64,000 bases of DNA from the human T2T-CHM13v2.0 reference genome, Homo sapiens: assembly GCF_009914755.1 (NCBI RefSeq), contig NC_060926.1. One strand, given 5' to 3'. Under the pieces are notes generated by a model that saw only the letters and a list, made by a program, of their open reading frames with translations, was not told the DNA's origin and did not search any database. Positions 13,163 through 25,064 of the stretch are shown here, piece after piece. How positions within the stretch are numbered: position 1 is the stretch's first letter; every line of letters begins with the position of its first letter. Position numbers and translations under genes: made by a program.

Positions 13163-15508
13163 AGTTTTGAAGCTTCCAAGGCAATGAGAGAATAAAATCA
13201 GTAGTGAGAGAGAGGGCTATCAAGAAATATATGAAAGCCAATGAAGTAAAGATCATCAGGTACATCTTGGGCTGTTGTCAAGGCATTTTTGCCCTATCTG
13301 TTGTTCATTTGAAAATGGATATGACCTGATTATCTCTAACAGAAATCTCATTGAAAAATATATTTCTCATTGGCTCTGACACAAGCCTGAAATATACAAA
13401 ATGCTATCTCCTTTAGGTCAAAATATACACTATTTTTTATTTCAGCCATTATCATTTTGGTTTCCATTTGTTGATTAGATTTGCCAGCAACTTGATAGAG
13501 CTGCAAAATATTAGTATAGAGGTGAGGAAAACTTTGATGACAAAAGGAAGATAAAGTCTGGAATGATTTAAAGAACTTCCAGAAATACTGTTGAAGAAAA
13601 ACAGCAGTATTTGTGGAAGTATGGGAGCTAAGACTTGGCCTCTGAGAAGACTGTACTGAGTACCGAGAAAGAGTACTAAGATAAGAAAAAGGACTAGTTA
13701 AAATCAGAACTGGATGGAGGGGCACCAAAGATCAAGTATGCCTAATTCCCCAAATTTCTCTAAGTTTGGCCTTAACCATTAATAGAATAGATGCCAATCA
13801 ATTCTGATGACTCTCAACTCACTCTTGAAAGCAAAAACAAGAATATATTGAAGGTATAGATGCATTACATGTATTAGAATATGACGTAAGAGACTATAAT
13901 GATACCCTAAGTTTTTACACTTAAAAATCTGTTTATTGTTTGTTTTAATATTAAAAGCTATTTAAAGGTTTGGGAAAGATGGACTGATAAGATCCAAAAA
14001 CACAAAATAACCACCAGTGGAACTCTGATTGGTTTGGGTAGACATGGTAGCCACACAAATGACTGATGGCTGTCAATCATCTAGTGAAGACCAGAACATG
14101 TGATTTTGTGATCTTTTCCTCAATATCTTCTCTCAACTCTTCCTCAGAAAGCACCAGAACTATCTACCTAAAGGGATTTTCAAGTCAACATATGGGAGTA
14201 AATAAGAAACTCTTTATACTCAGCATTTGGGAAGAGATTTAGTTAAGATATAGACAAGAAAGAGGGGGAAAGTGAAGGGTTCTTGGTGATATATATGGAA
14301 AAACAAGGACAAAAATTCGTGTGTGAGGCAATGGTTTTTAATTGCTTTCTAATGGCTGGACATTCATCTTATTTGATCTATATTAAAGCCAGGTGGAGAA
14401 TAAAACCTGCCTACATTAATTCTATCACCTTCCCTAATTCCTAATTGCCATTTAACCATGGGAAGCCATAACTACCAAAAAGGGGGGCAGAGAAAGCAGA
14501 AGATATATGGTTTTATTTTTTATGTAATGTGTGCTAAAATATACTACATCAGAAATGAAAAAAAAGAAAACTAAAGCTATTATGTGAAATACTAGACTGA
14601 GCAGGGATTGGTTGTAGATAATTTTAATTCATTTATTCAAATACAAATTCTTAAGACCAAAATTGAGCTCTTTTTCTGTAGGAAGCCCTCTCCTGGCTTC
14701 CAAAAGAGAGGTACTGTATTGAATGAAGGGACTGGGGGTTAAGTCTCACATAACTGTACAGTCTTAGCATGGGGCTGGTTTTCAAATAAGAGTACTGTGG
14801 CAAATTGATTTTCTAGAGCTTCCTACATTCTATTCCCACTAAATAGTGTTTTAGTACAGGACTGCAAGGCTTCATTTGACTTATATAAATAATTTACCAA
14901 TTCCTACCTACTTGAGAGAAAGCACTCTTCAGTGAATTTAAAGGACTTGATTACTCTTCATCCACTTTCTGAAATTTGAAGGAATGAGGTAAAAATCACT
15001 TAACTACCAGCCCTGGATAAGGTATCTAAAATAACCTTCCACACAGTTCTTACTACCTTAAGCAGTATACGAAATAAATTTACGTGTTGAGGAAAAGCAG
15101 CATAATTGTTGTTAATTCTGGGATCATCCTGGGAGGAAATCATTATAATACATGCATAACATAGTAGGATATGACCTCTTATGGAAAAATATCATCTAAT
15201 TTCTTCACTAGAGATCAAAATAAGTAAGTAAGGCTCCTTTTCTCTTCCTTTCTGTGAGTAACTTCTAAATGGAAAAATGGCGATCTATTTTTGTGCTGGT
15301 CATGTTTGCTTTCTTTAAATCCTAGAAATAAAATGAGAGATCAATTAAGCCAAGAACCATGTAAAGTAATGAAAAGCTATGAAGTTCTCCCATTTTTCAT
15401 TGTTTAAAAAAAAGCTATATCAAAACTCTGCCTTCTATCTTTTTTTCTAAAAGACTCAAAACAAATTGTGAAAGAATGTTCATTGGTACTTTATGTACTT
15501 GCTCCCTC

Positions 15509-15563
15509 AAAGGAAACCTCTTAAAAAACTCTTAAAAAAGGAAACCTCTTAAAAAACTCTTAA
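15509..15563. repeat. Perfect tandem duplication, period 28 bp
   Basis: aaaggaaacctcttaaaaaactcttaa occurs twice. Confidence 0.95.
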
Positions 15564-17870
15564 CATACTGTAATTATCTAAATCTTGGGTTCACAGAACT
15601 GTTAGGCATTTCTTCTCTCCTCCCCAGCTCAACTACTCTCAACATTGCCTTTATTTCTCTCTTGAAGCTTATGTAAATTGGGGGGTAAACTTTTTCATAT
15701 TTTTCCAGATGTTTCCTGAAAAAATTCTTTTCCAGAAACCATTTTGAACCTTTCACTTTGTTTTCAAGTGCATTTATCTGTTGTTTATGCACATGTTTTC
15801 TTTCACTAAATCACTAATAATCCCATCCTGGGCAGCTCAAAGTTAGCTGCCCTACTCTATTAATCTCTATAAAATTGGCTCCCACATGTGTCCAGTTTTC
15901 ATGCAGGGTAAAAATAGAAATCTGTACACAGTTTCATCTTCACATCTTCTGCTTCATTTCTTGGTTATCCACCAGACTTTTTATGTTCTATAGCTTGTCT
16001 CCTGGAAATATGTTAGAAATATGTCCATATGTGTGATAATCCCTCATATATCCAAAAAACTAAGCCATCTCCCTTATTTTAAACTGCAGAAAAGTTTAAA
16101 ATAGTGTTTTTCAGACAGTTTGAGTAGAAAATAGAATAAGTTTACCTCTTTTGTATTCACCTTGAAATAACTAGTAATAAATAAATTCAAAATTCTTAAA
16201 CCTGTTCTTAATGAGTTTTAAACTATAGAGTTTTTGATGTGATGGGGTACCCTATGCCAAAAGTTATTGAATGAAAAAAAATCACCAAAGAAAAGCAAAG
16301 TCAAGTACTTTATCTTTGGCAAATATCTCTTCTCTAAGTAAAGAACAGGACCTACAGCTTCTTATTTCAGAAATATTTTGCATATTAGAAAATGGGGGAA
16401 ACTAATACGAGAGTTTTTTAGGGCAACAGAATTAACCAGGTCACTGAATTGCTTTATTTCACAGAATTCAATGCTGGCAAAGAGGCGTCCCTTTAAAATT
16501 CCTCCTATGCCTTTCTTCAATAGTTATCATAGAGAAAGAGAACTGAAGCTTTGAGACTCTAATTTGTTCTACTCTCCCTTTACCTTAAGCATATGAAAGT
16601 GGAATTATGTTAAATACATTGTTGGGACCATGAAAGAGATCAATTTTTAACACCCTCCAGAGTTACACTGATCCAGTGAAAATCTTCTAAGTCTTCATAC
16701 TCTACGTCATGCTTTTACTGCGGCATCATTCTCTATTAATTGGAATTTGGTGTAAGGAACATCTTGGATCCCTTTTATTGTCAAGTAACAAAGGGACATG
16801 AGAAGGTGATTCTTCCGAAAGGCCTTTCCACGTCACTGTTCTGAGGAGTAGACTTCTAGGAAGCCCCTGGTACAATGGCAATTTTTAAAAATCTCTTACT
16901 TTATGTTTTTCCTTTTATCTTCAAGTTTTTAAAAAACGGTAAGTCCTTAAGTCAGTGCAAAATAGAAAATCTCTATAAAGAAGACTATGCAGTAAACTTT
17001 GATTGATTTTGTGATCCACCATTTGCCACTTCTTGTGGTACTAGTAACCTATTTTTGTTCTGAGAAAGCCATCCATAATTAATCCATGCAGCGTGTGTGT
17101 GTTATAGAAAAAAAAAAGATTTTTATTTTGTTGGGATATTAATTTGAGTTCAGAATTACCACCTTTGCAGTTAAGTCTGAGTATCTCCAAAACACCTAAA
17201 GGAGTTGTTATTCTTATGAAGACACTAAAAGCGATATAAATACTTTTTTATAATTTTTATTGTTAATTTTCGTGGATATGAGATATTAATACTTAATTTA
17301 AAAATCTAATTTTTTGACAATAAAGAAACCTGACTATGTATCTACTTTTTCGTTTGCAGTCAAAAGATTATTACAACAATTTTATTAATCTTTCTAAAAA
17401 AATCAACTTACATTTGGTTCCTATTTTATTAATTTATTTTATTATTTTCTTTTTTCCACTTTCTTTGGTTATTCTTGATGTCCTTTTTCTAATTTTTTGA
17501 CATGTCATCTTAGCTCATGGATGTTCATACTTTATTCTTTTTGTTACATTTATTCATGGCTATAAATTTCTCTCTAGCATTTCTTTACCTGAATTCCACA
17601 TATTTGATAAAGGCTCTACTCCCATGGAGTTTAGGTTATAAATACATATATTTAGTTAAGACTGTCAGCAGCCTCCTTTCCAAACATACAGAAAAGGCCT
17701 GCCAAAGAATAAAGTTAATGCATAGAACAAACTAAAGCCAAGAAATCAGAAAAAAAAAAAATCTTGACCCATGATGCCTTTGACTTTCTAATTATATAGG
17801 AAAAAAATTACCGTCTTGGTAAACCTTGTTTAATTGGGTTTTTGCAATTTCAAAATGAAAGAATCTTAAC

Positions 17871-18889
17871 AAATCTGACAAAAACAACCAATGGGGAAAG
17901 GATTCCCTATTTAATAAATGGTGTTGGGAAAACTGGCTAGCCATAGGCAGAAAACTGAAACTGGGCCCCTTCCTTGTGCTTTATACAAAAATTAACTCAA
18001 GATGGATTAAAGACTTAAACATAAGACCTAAAACCATAAAAACCCTAGAAGAAAACGTAGGCAATACCATTCAGAACATAGGCATGGGAAAAGACTTCAT
18101 GACTAAAACACCAAAAGCAATGGCAACGGAAGCCAAAATTGACAAACGGGGTCCAATTAAACTAAAGAGCTTCTGCACAGCAAAAGAAACAATCATCAGA
18201 GTGAATAGGCAACCTACAGAATGGGAGAAAAATTTTGCAATCTATCCATCTGACAAAGGGCTAATATCCAGAATCTACAAGGAACTTAAACAAATTTACA
18301 AGAAAAAAACAAACAACCCCATCAAAAAGTGGGCAAAGGATATGAACAGACACTTCTCAAAAGAAGACATTTAAGCAGCCAACAAACACATGAAAAAAAG
18401 CTCATCACTGGTCATTACAGAAATGCAAATCAAAACCACAATGAGATACCATCTCATGCCAGTTAGAATGGCAATCTTTAAAAAGTCAGGAAACAACAGA
18501 TGCTGGAGAGGATGTGGAGAAATAGGAACGCTTTTACACTGTTGGTGGGAGTGTAAATAGTTCAACCATTGTGGAAGACAGTGTGGCAATTACTCAAGGA
18601 TCTAGAACCAGAAATACCATTTGACCCAGCAATCTCATTACTGGGTATATACCCAAAGGAAATCAATCATTCTACTATAAAGACACATGCACATGTATGT
18701 ATATTGCAGCACTATTCACAATAGCAAAGACTTGGAACCAACACAAATGCCCATCAATGATATACTGGATAAAGAAAATATGGCACATATACACCATGGA
18801 ATACTATGCAGCCATTAAAAAGGATGAATTCATGTCCTTTGCAGGACATGGATGAAGTTGGAAACCATCATTCTCAGCAAACTAAAACA
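17871..18889 (+). mobile_element. L1PA (about PA7/8) ORF2 C-terminal fragment lacking 3'UTR and polyA
   Basis: Translation [22 protein letters not shown]...[15 protein letters not shown] matches L1 ORF2p; in-frame stop at 18372; ends at cagcaaactaaaacag. Confidence 0.95.
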
Positions 18890-18951
18890 GAAAGAATATT
18901 GACTATGTTAATGGTTGATAAAGCCCCCTGCACAAATTATTTCTTGTTCCA

Positions 18952-18987
18952 TAGCATTTGAGAACCAGGTAGCATTTGAGAACCAGG
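18952..18987. repeat. 18-bp perfect tandem duplication
   Basis: tagcatttgagaaccagg twice. Confidence 0.95.
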
Positions 18988-19377
18988 ATATACAACCAGT
19001 TTCCTGAGGATACTGTTTCTATTGCCAGCCTCCCTGAGCCATGAAGGGTCATGAGCTGTCACTTCTGAAAATCAACTAATTTCACACTCTTCTCTAAAAG
19101 TCTTGTTTTTGTGTTTGGTTGGTTTTTCCCAAGCCATTTTTCTGTAATTTAAGTGAGCTTCTTCTATGGATATAAGAAAACTTGACTCTAAGTCAAGATT
19201 TCACTATAAAATAATTGTGGTTATATATGCATAGTTACCTAGAACATAAATTACACACTTTCCCTCTAATTTCCATTCAATGATCATAATGACTTCATAA
19301 AAATAATTTCAAGCTGATCATAAACTATTTTCTACCATTCAAATAGCATTTTACTTTAAAGAATGATGCACAAACAG

Positions 19378-19840
19378 TGTTTTAGTCAGGTTCCCAACAG
19401 GAAACAGATGGAACACTGAAGATAATTCACAGAGAGTTATCTTAACACTCAAGATAATTACATAGTGACTATTTATAAAGGTATCAACAGAGTGAGGAGA
19501 GCCATAAAAGATGATTCTGTAACCAAGGTTTATTAACATCAAAGGGACAAAAAGAGGAAGCAGTTACTACAAAAGAGGAGAGAATTATGTAGGAGAGGCT
19601 ACTTTGAAAGAAGCAGTTATATTCAGTTAGAGTAATAAAAACAGCCCTGGGCACCCTTACACAGAGGAAGCCAGGGAAGTAAATTCCTTGACCTCATTCA
19701 CCTACTTCTGACAGCTTGCCATGACTTCTTATTGGTCAAACCCAACCAGAAAGGGCAATAAAGTCTGTTTCCATAATTTGTATAGCCAGTCTGGGGAAAC
19801 AAATGGGGTGGGTAAAGTCTGAGAGGGGAGCTAAAGGAGT
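19378..19840. mobile_element. Old ERVL/MaLR-type LTR fragment
   Basis: tgttttagtcaggttcccaacaggaaacagatgg start and cttattggtcaaacccaaccagaaag motif; subfamily uncertain. Confidence 0.5.
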
Positions 19841-19984
19841 GAAGAAGTGGTAAAGAGATAAGAACATAAAAAGGAAGATACCTTAAAGCCTTTCTTATTA
19901 ATTCTCATCTTATCAAAACTATTCAACATCTCACCCTAATATTTTTTTCTTGGTTGGAAATGTTTGTTTATAAAAATATAATAG

Positions 19985-20425
19985 GTTAGAGTATAGATAG
20001 GCTTCTGTATTAAAGAAACCCCTGAAAACAATGAGTTAAAGAAGTAAGCATTGATCTCTCAGACACCTCCCAAGGTGAGTGGCCAGCTTGGGAGAGTAGC
20101 TCCACTCCTTTCAGTTACCAAGGGGCCATGTTCCTTTTACCCTGGTGCTCTACCACACCCTGGGGCATAGTTCTCATCCCACAGTCACGTTGGATCTTGA
20201 GCATGTCCATGTTCCAGCTACAGGACATGGAAAAGGAGTGAGCTCAGAGCAAGTGAGTGAGTGAGAACAGAGTTGCACACATCTTCTGCCCATACATTTC
20301 CTGCCAAGGAACTTTGTCACATGGCACTCACAGCAAAAGAACCTGGTAATGTTTTAGTTGTGTGAACATGTCCCAGGAATAGGAGAAAAATACATTTTGC
20401 AAGGTGGATGACTAGCAGTATGCCT
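19985..20425 (-). mobile_element. Old MLT1-type LTR fragment
   Basis: gttgcacacatcttctgcc...gaactttgtcacatggc motifs typical of MLT1J/K. Confidence 0.5.
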
Positions 20426-22299
20426 GTAGGTAAAAATCCTCAGTTTTCTTTAATTTTAAGAATTACAAGTGTGGATCTCGTAACTAACAGGTTTACTTTT
20501 AAAGCTCCTTCTTCTTCTTATAGGGGTCCCTTTTTTTTTTTTTAGCTAAAATCTACCTTTGTGAACATATTTAAATACAACCTAATAAGATTATTGTTTA
20601 ATGATAGAGAATGATTTCTCAGTGTATCTCACTCAAATCATTCATTTCATTTTCAAACACATGATGGAGGACCATCTACAGTTCTATTCCTACATTTTTC
20701 TAATCTCAACAAATCCAAAGTTTCCTATTCCAAAAGGATGTGCCTGATCTTAGCAATTAGTTACTTTTAATGAAAATGAAAAGGGTTATGGTAAAAATGT
20801 GTAGATCTAACCAAGATATTGAATAAAACCCTATCATATTGAATAAAGTAAAACATGGGCTAAATATAATCATATTGGGATCTGAGGAATGATACAGAGG
20901 CAGACTCGGTAAATAGGCAGAAGATTGTCAGAAAAAGAGCAAAAGTAATACAGCTCCCACAGTAACATGAACTTTAGTCAAATATGAACTGTGGATTCTA
21001 CCTGCATCGCACCAGTGCTTCCTGGAATTGTGAAATTCTTGGAGGCACTCTTTTACATTTACATACTAGATTTCTCACACTTTAATTTCAATTCCTTAGG
21101 AAGATAATTTATTCTATGTGCCCAAACTGAGATTTCTGAATCCCTTTCCTTTTTAAAACAAAGCTAGGCAGAAGGGGAAATGTCAGCCCAGTAAAATCCT
21201 TACAATGTACCTGTTTTAGATGTGTCTAAAGACCCCATGCATTGCTTTGTATATTTAAGAAAGAACTGCCTGACCTGAAGATTAAATTATATTTTCTAAA
21301 TTATTATACAAATACCAGCATTTGACCTAGTCCCTTTAGCATAATTTTTGTATTCTTTCAAGATTTGCTAACTGAATCATTAAAACATGGTTGATGCCAT
21401 GAATTAAATCACTGTTTTTTCATTTGTACTTGTACAAATTAATTTCAAATACAATCAAGAAAGTAAATATAGCAGACATCTTCTGTCTTGAAAGATACAC
21501 AGAATACTTGGTGGAGATTTTAATGTGGTTATTAGTATTCAACCTATTATCAAAAAGCCTCTTCTTTAATTATCAGTCTTTTGCATTTAACATCTTTTAT
21601 CAAGATTAAGAGGTTCACATTTTTAACATTTTGCACTTGTTTTTGAATGAATAGTTTCATGCAAGTCCCAAGTGTGAGTTTAGCAGAATTTCAATACTTC
21701 GATATTTATACAGATTTCTAAACTAACCCAGAGGTCACTTTGAATCTATCTTTCTTCTTATCTATTTTATTGTATTTCTACTTCAGTTATTCTCTAACTA
21801 TATCACTTTTCAAAGAATCATATTGTATAATTCAGTCAGTGGATTGCTTTTATTTCTATTACCATTATCTATCATTTGACTTGTTGAGTAACTATAATTA
21901 TCAGAAAGCTTTTCTTTAAACTTTTGGGCAAAGATGATGGGCATTAAGTTTGCAACTATCAATATTGCCCAAAATCAAAGCTTTCACATGAAAAAAATTC
22001 TTTCCAAATTCGCTTAATTTTAGAAATACAAAACATAACTAAACAGCAGCTTCAACTAGGGCAAGCCCAGAAATACATTTAGTAAACCATGTTCAATCTT
22101 TTCAAAATTCAAAGATATGCCCTTCTACACTCTAAAAGTGTCTGAACATTCATTTTTGAAGTTATTTTTAAATGCACTCCTCCAATAAATTAAAATTCAC
22201 ATTATCCTACATTAAAAATATTAGGACAGCATGAAGTCATTTGTAAGACTTTTTTCAAAAAGTTAATCATAAATGCTTAAGAATAAGAATCTTTGAGGA

Positions 22300-22620
22300 G
22301 TCATTTAACCTACATATACACCCACCTCCACCAATTTTGGAGACAACTGCATCAAACATACCCCAGCCAGATGGAAATCTAAATCTTATAAGAAACAAAT
22401 TCTATAATCCACTACTCACTGTCAGGAAATTCTCCTTTATGTTTAAACTACAAAGCTCAGGCTACAGATTAAGCCTGTTTCCTCTAGTTCTATTCCTGGT
22501 GGAGGAGAAAAACAGATGGACACAGTCCGTCATGTAGTTGAAAACAATAATTAGGTCACTTCTTTCTCCAACATAAGGCAGAAAAAAGTTCTTTGGGTAT
22601 TTTTGTATGTATTTTATTTC
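22300..22620 (-). mobile_element. L3/CR1 LINE fragment
   Basis: cactgtcaggaaattctcctttatgtttaaac...ttaagcctgtttcctctagttct resembles the CR1 3' region in reverse. Confidence 0.55.
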
Positions 22621-23521
22621 CTAATCATGTAAGTGGAGGCCTTCTGTGCAAAAAAATCAGCTGGTAGGCAATGCTTGTTCTTAGGAGTCTCATCTTCCAG
22701 GTATCAGCAACCTCATGTTCCCTCCCTGTTTGTCCCTGTCTGAAATACCTTAGAATCATTGCAGAAGAATATGAGATAGAAATGAGAGGAACAAGGGCTT
22801 CATCAGTTAAATGAGCCTAGTGCTTCATTTTGGCCTGAGAGCTTAATGGATCTGCAGTGAAGCAACAGTCATACAGCACATTGAGATACCAAGTGAAAGA
22901 GGTGCAAGTTCCTATTAAGGAGTCTGAGCAGTGAAGAATCTACATGAGCAATAATGGGAACTGCAGGTGTGCATTCAGCATCTGGGACTTCTATCTCAAG
23001 GCAAAGTGTTTTTCATTTCAGAAAAGCTGAAGGGCAAGAATGGCCATTGGAATAAAAACTTAAATTGGGTCTAGAATGGAGAGCAATCTGAAGACCTCAG
23101 CCATATGGAGAAAGTGTAAGAAAACTTGGAGAACGTGGAGGTATTACCAGCTTCCTACAACCTGCATCAGAGGTTAACACAGAACACAAGGGAGGAAGGC
23201 AGACATCAGTAGCAGAGAGCTCACATTTGGTTCACAGACATTCATGCCTTGATGGAGCCAACTTGATAAAAATTTACCATGCAGGATTTCAATCTTAATT
23301 AAGAATTAAGCTTTTCAATTATGTATTCATATTTTTTTAGTATTTACCACAAACATCTACTATGGAAATAGCAGTGAGAAAAACAGGGGAAAAAATTCCT
23401 GCTTTATGGAGCTTACATTCTAGTGTGACAAAATATAAACAAGATAATAAGATACATTATATAGTGATAAATGCTATAGTGAAAAAACACAAAAGTATGG
23501 CTTTTTTTTTTTTTTTTTTTT

Positions 23522-23850
23522 GGCAGCTGCAAGATTTCATAGAGTGAAAACAGAGCTCCCATACAATGGGAGGAGACCCAAAGGGGGTTTCCACCGCCAG
23601 TTCAAATGCTTGGGTTTATATCCCGATCATTGTCCCTCCCCCTGTGCTCTCAGGCGATACATGATTTGACTATTTCTTTACCTCCTGCTTTTAGTCTAAC
23701 TGGTATTTTAGTGAGCCCTCTTTACTACCTGATTGGTCAGGTGTGAGCTGAGTTACAAGCCCCATGTTTAAAGGTAGGTGCTGTCACCTTCCCCAGCTAG
23801 GCTTAGGAATTCTTAGTCGACCTAGGAAATCCAGCTAGTCCTGTCTCTCA
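23522..23850 (-). promoter_or_regulatory. 3' LTR17 U3-R (no U5) with CCAAT and TATA boxes
   Basis: Begins tgagagacaggactagctggatttcctagg right after the PPT gagaaggggaac; CCAAT near 23731-23735; TATAAA at 23620-23615; ends in polyA. Confidence 0.92.
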
Positions 23851-24170
23851 GTTCCCCTTCTCAACAGGAAAACCCAAGTACTGTTGGGGAGGTTGTCTGA
23901 CGACCGCTCTAACTGCTTCCTGCTGAATTGGGGTGTAATAGGGGTCATGCAGTTGAGATTTCCTCTGGAGAGGTGCCTTCGATGTCATGAACATTGGAGC
24001 ATGGGCTAGCAGGCCAGTCCAGCAGTCCACGGTAGATCTTAGTCATGGGCTGCATCTGGGGCTCCATTTGAAGAACGATTTGTAGTTTTACAGTTTGATT
24101 CTGGAAGAGACAAACTTAACAAGGAGGTTAAAGATACAGGGATTGAAATGTATGGCCTAAAGTGTAGGGG
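23851..24170 (-). pseudogene. env: HERV-W env remnant: short SU island plus TM cytoplasmic tail, frameshifted
   Basis: PLHFRPYISIPV joined to PCIFNLLVKFVSSRI / KLQIVLQMEPQMQ..KIYRG..PEEISTA*. Confidence 0.9.
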
Positions 24171-24745
24171 ATTATTTCTTTGGCACACTTCACAGGCCCT
24201 TGATAGTTTTGCAAAGGCTTGGCCCAGTAAATGATTTGACCATCTGATGGGTGCTATCAATGTCTGAGTAAAAGGTTTGGTGAAGGATTTTAAGTAATTT
24301 CCACTGGTTAGCTGCAGGCAAAAGTATTTTTCCTTCTTTGGTGGCTAGCCATCCTGAGGGGAGGAAACTATGTCCTTGTGAGGGTCCCCATTCTATTTCT
24401 TCGGCTGAGTACTGGGGCTTGGTTTCCTGGAGGGGATTACCCCATACTAGGGGTCTTTCTATAAGCTTTTGTAACAGAGGGTCCCGCCTTGTGGCTCTTT
24501 TGGCTTCAATATCCACTTGCCGGTTCCCTTCTATTTCCCTTTGTTTTCCTTTCTGATGACCCCATCTCTTCAGGTTTCTGTACAGCCAATAACAATCTCT
24601 TAATGGCTTCCTGATGTTTGATAGGAGTTCCCTCAGAAGTTAGGAATTCCCTTTCTCTCCATATTGCTGCGTGGGCATGGAGGACTAGGTAAGCATACTT
24701 AGAGTCTGTATATATATTTACCCTTTTTCCTTCTCCTAATTCTAG
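24167..24745 (-). pseudogene. pol: HERV-W pol remnant: RNase H C-terminal half and integrase N-terminal zinc domain; RT absent
   Basis: ELGEGKRVNIYTDSKYAY..., PQYSAEEIEW...GKILLPAANQWKLLK...RACEVCQRNNP. Confidence 0.9.
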
Positions 24746-25064
24746 TGTATAATGGCCCCTGGTTTTGCTAGGATGTCTCTCCCTAACAAAGGAGTGGGGC
24801 TTTCAGGCATAATTAGAAAGGCATAAGAAAAGAGTAAAGTTCCCCAGTCACAAGTAGTGGCTGGGAGAAGTATCTAATGACTGCCTGTCCTAGGACCCCT
24901 CGGATAGTGACAGATCTGGAGGACAGTTGTCTGGAACAAGAGAGTAAGACTGAGAAGGCTGCGCCAGTGTCCAGGAGATAGTTAGCGTCTTGGCCCTCAA
25001 TGGTCAAGCATACCCGGGGCTCTGTGAGGGTGATGGCATGGGCTGGCGCTTGCCCCGGGCACCC
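24746..25064 (-). pseudogene. pro: HERV-W protease, frameshifted
   Basis: LLDTGAAFSVL aspartyl-protease motif; PTPLLGRDILAK in another frame. Confidence 0.9.

Noticed and set aside
14475-14490. ccaaaaaggggggcag as a CTCF site
   Set aside because: Spacing does not fit the 14-bp core.
23851-24170. Possible syncytin-1 (ERVW-1) gene
   Set aside because: env is almost entirely deleted and frameshifted, and retains the 12 nt absent from ERVW-1.
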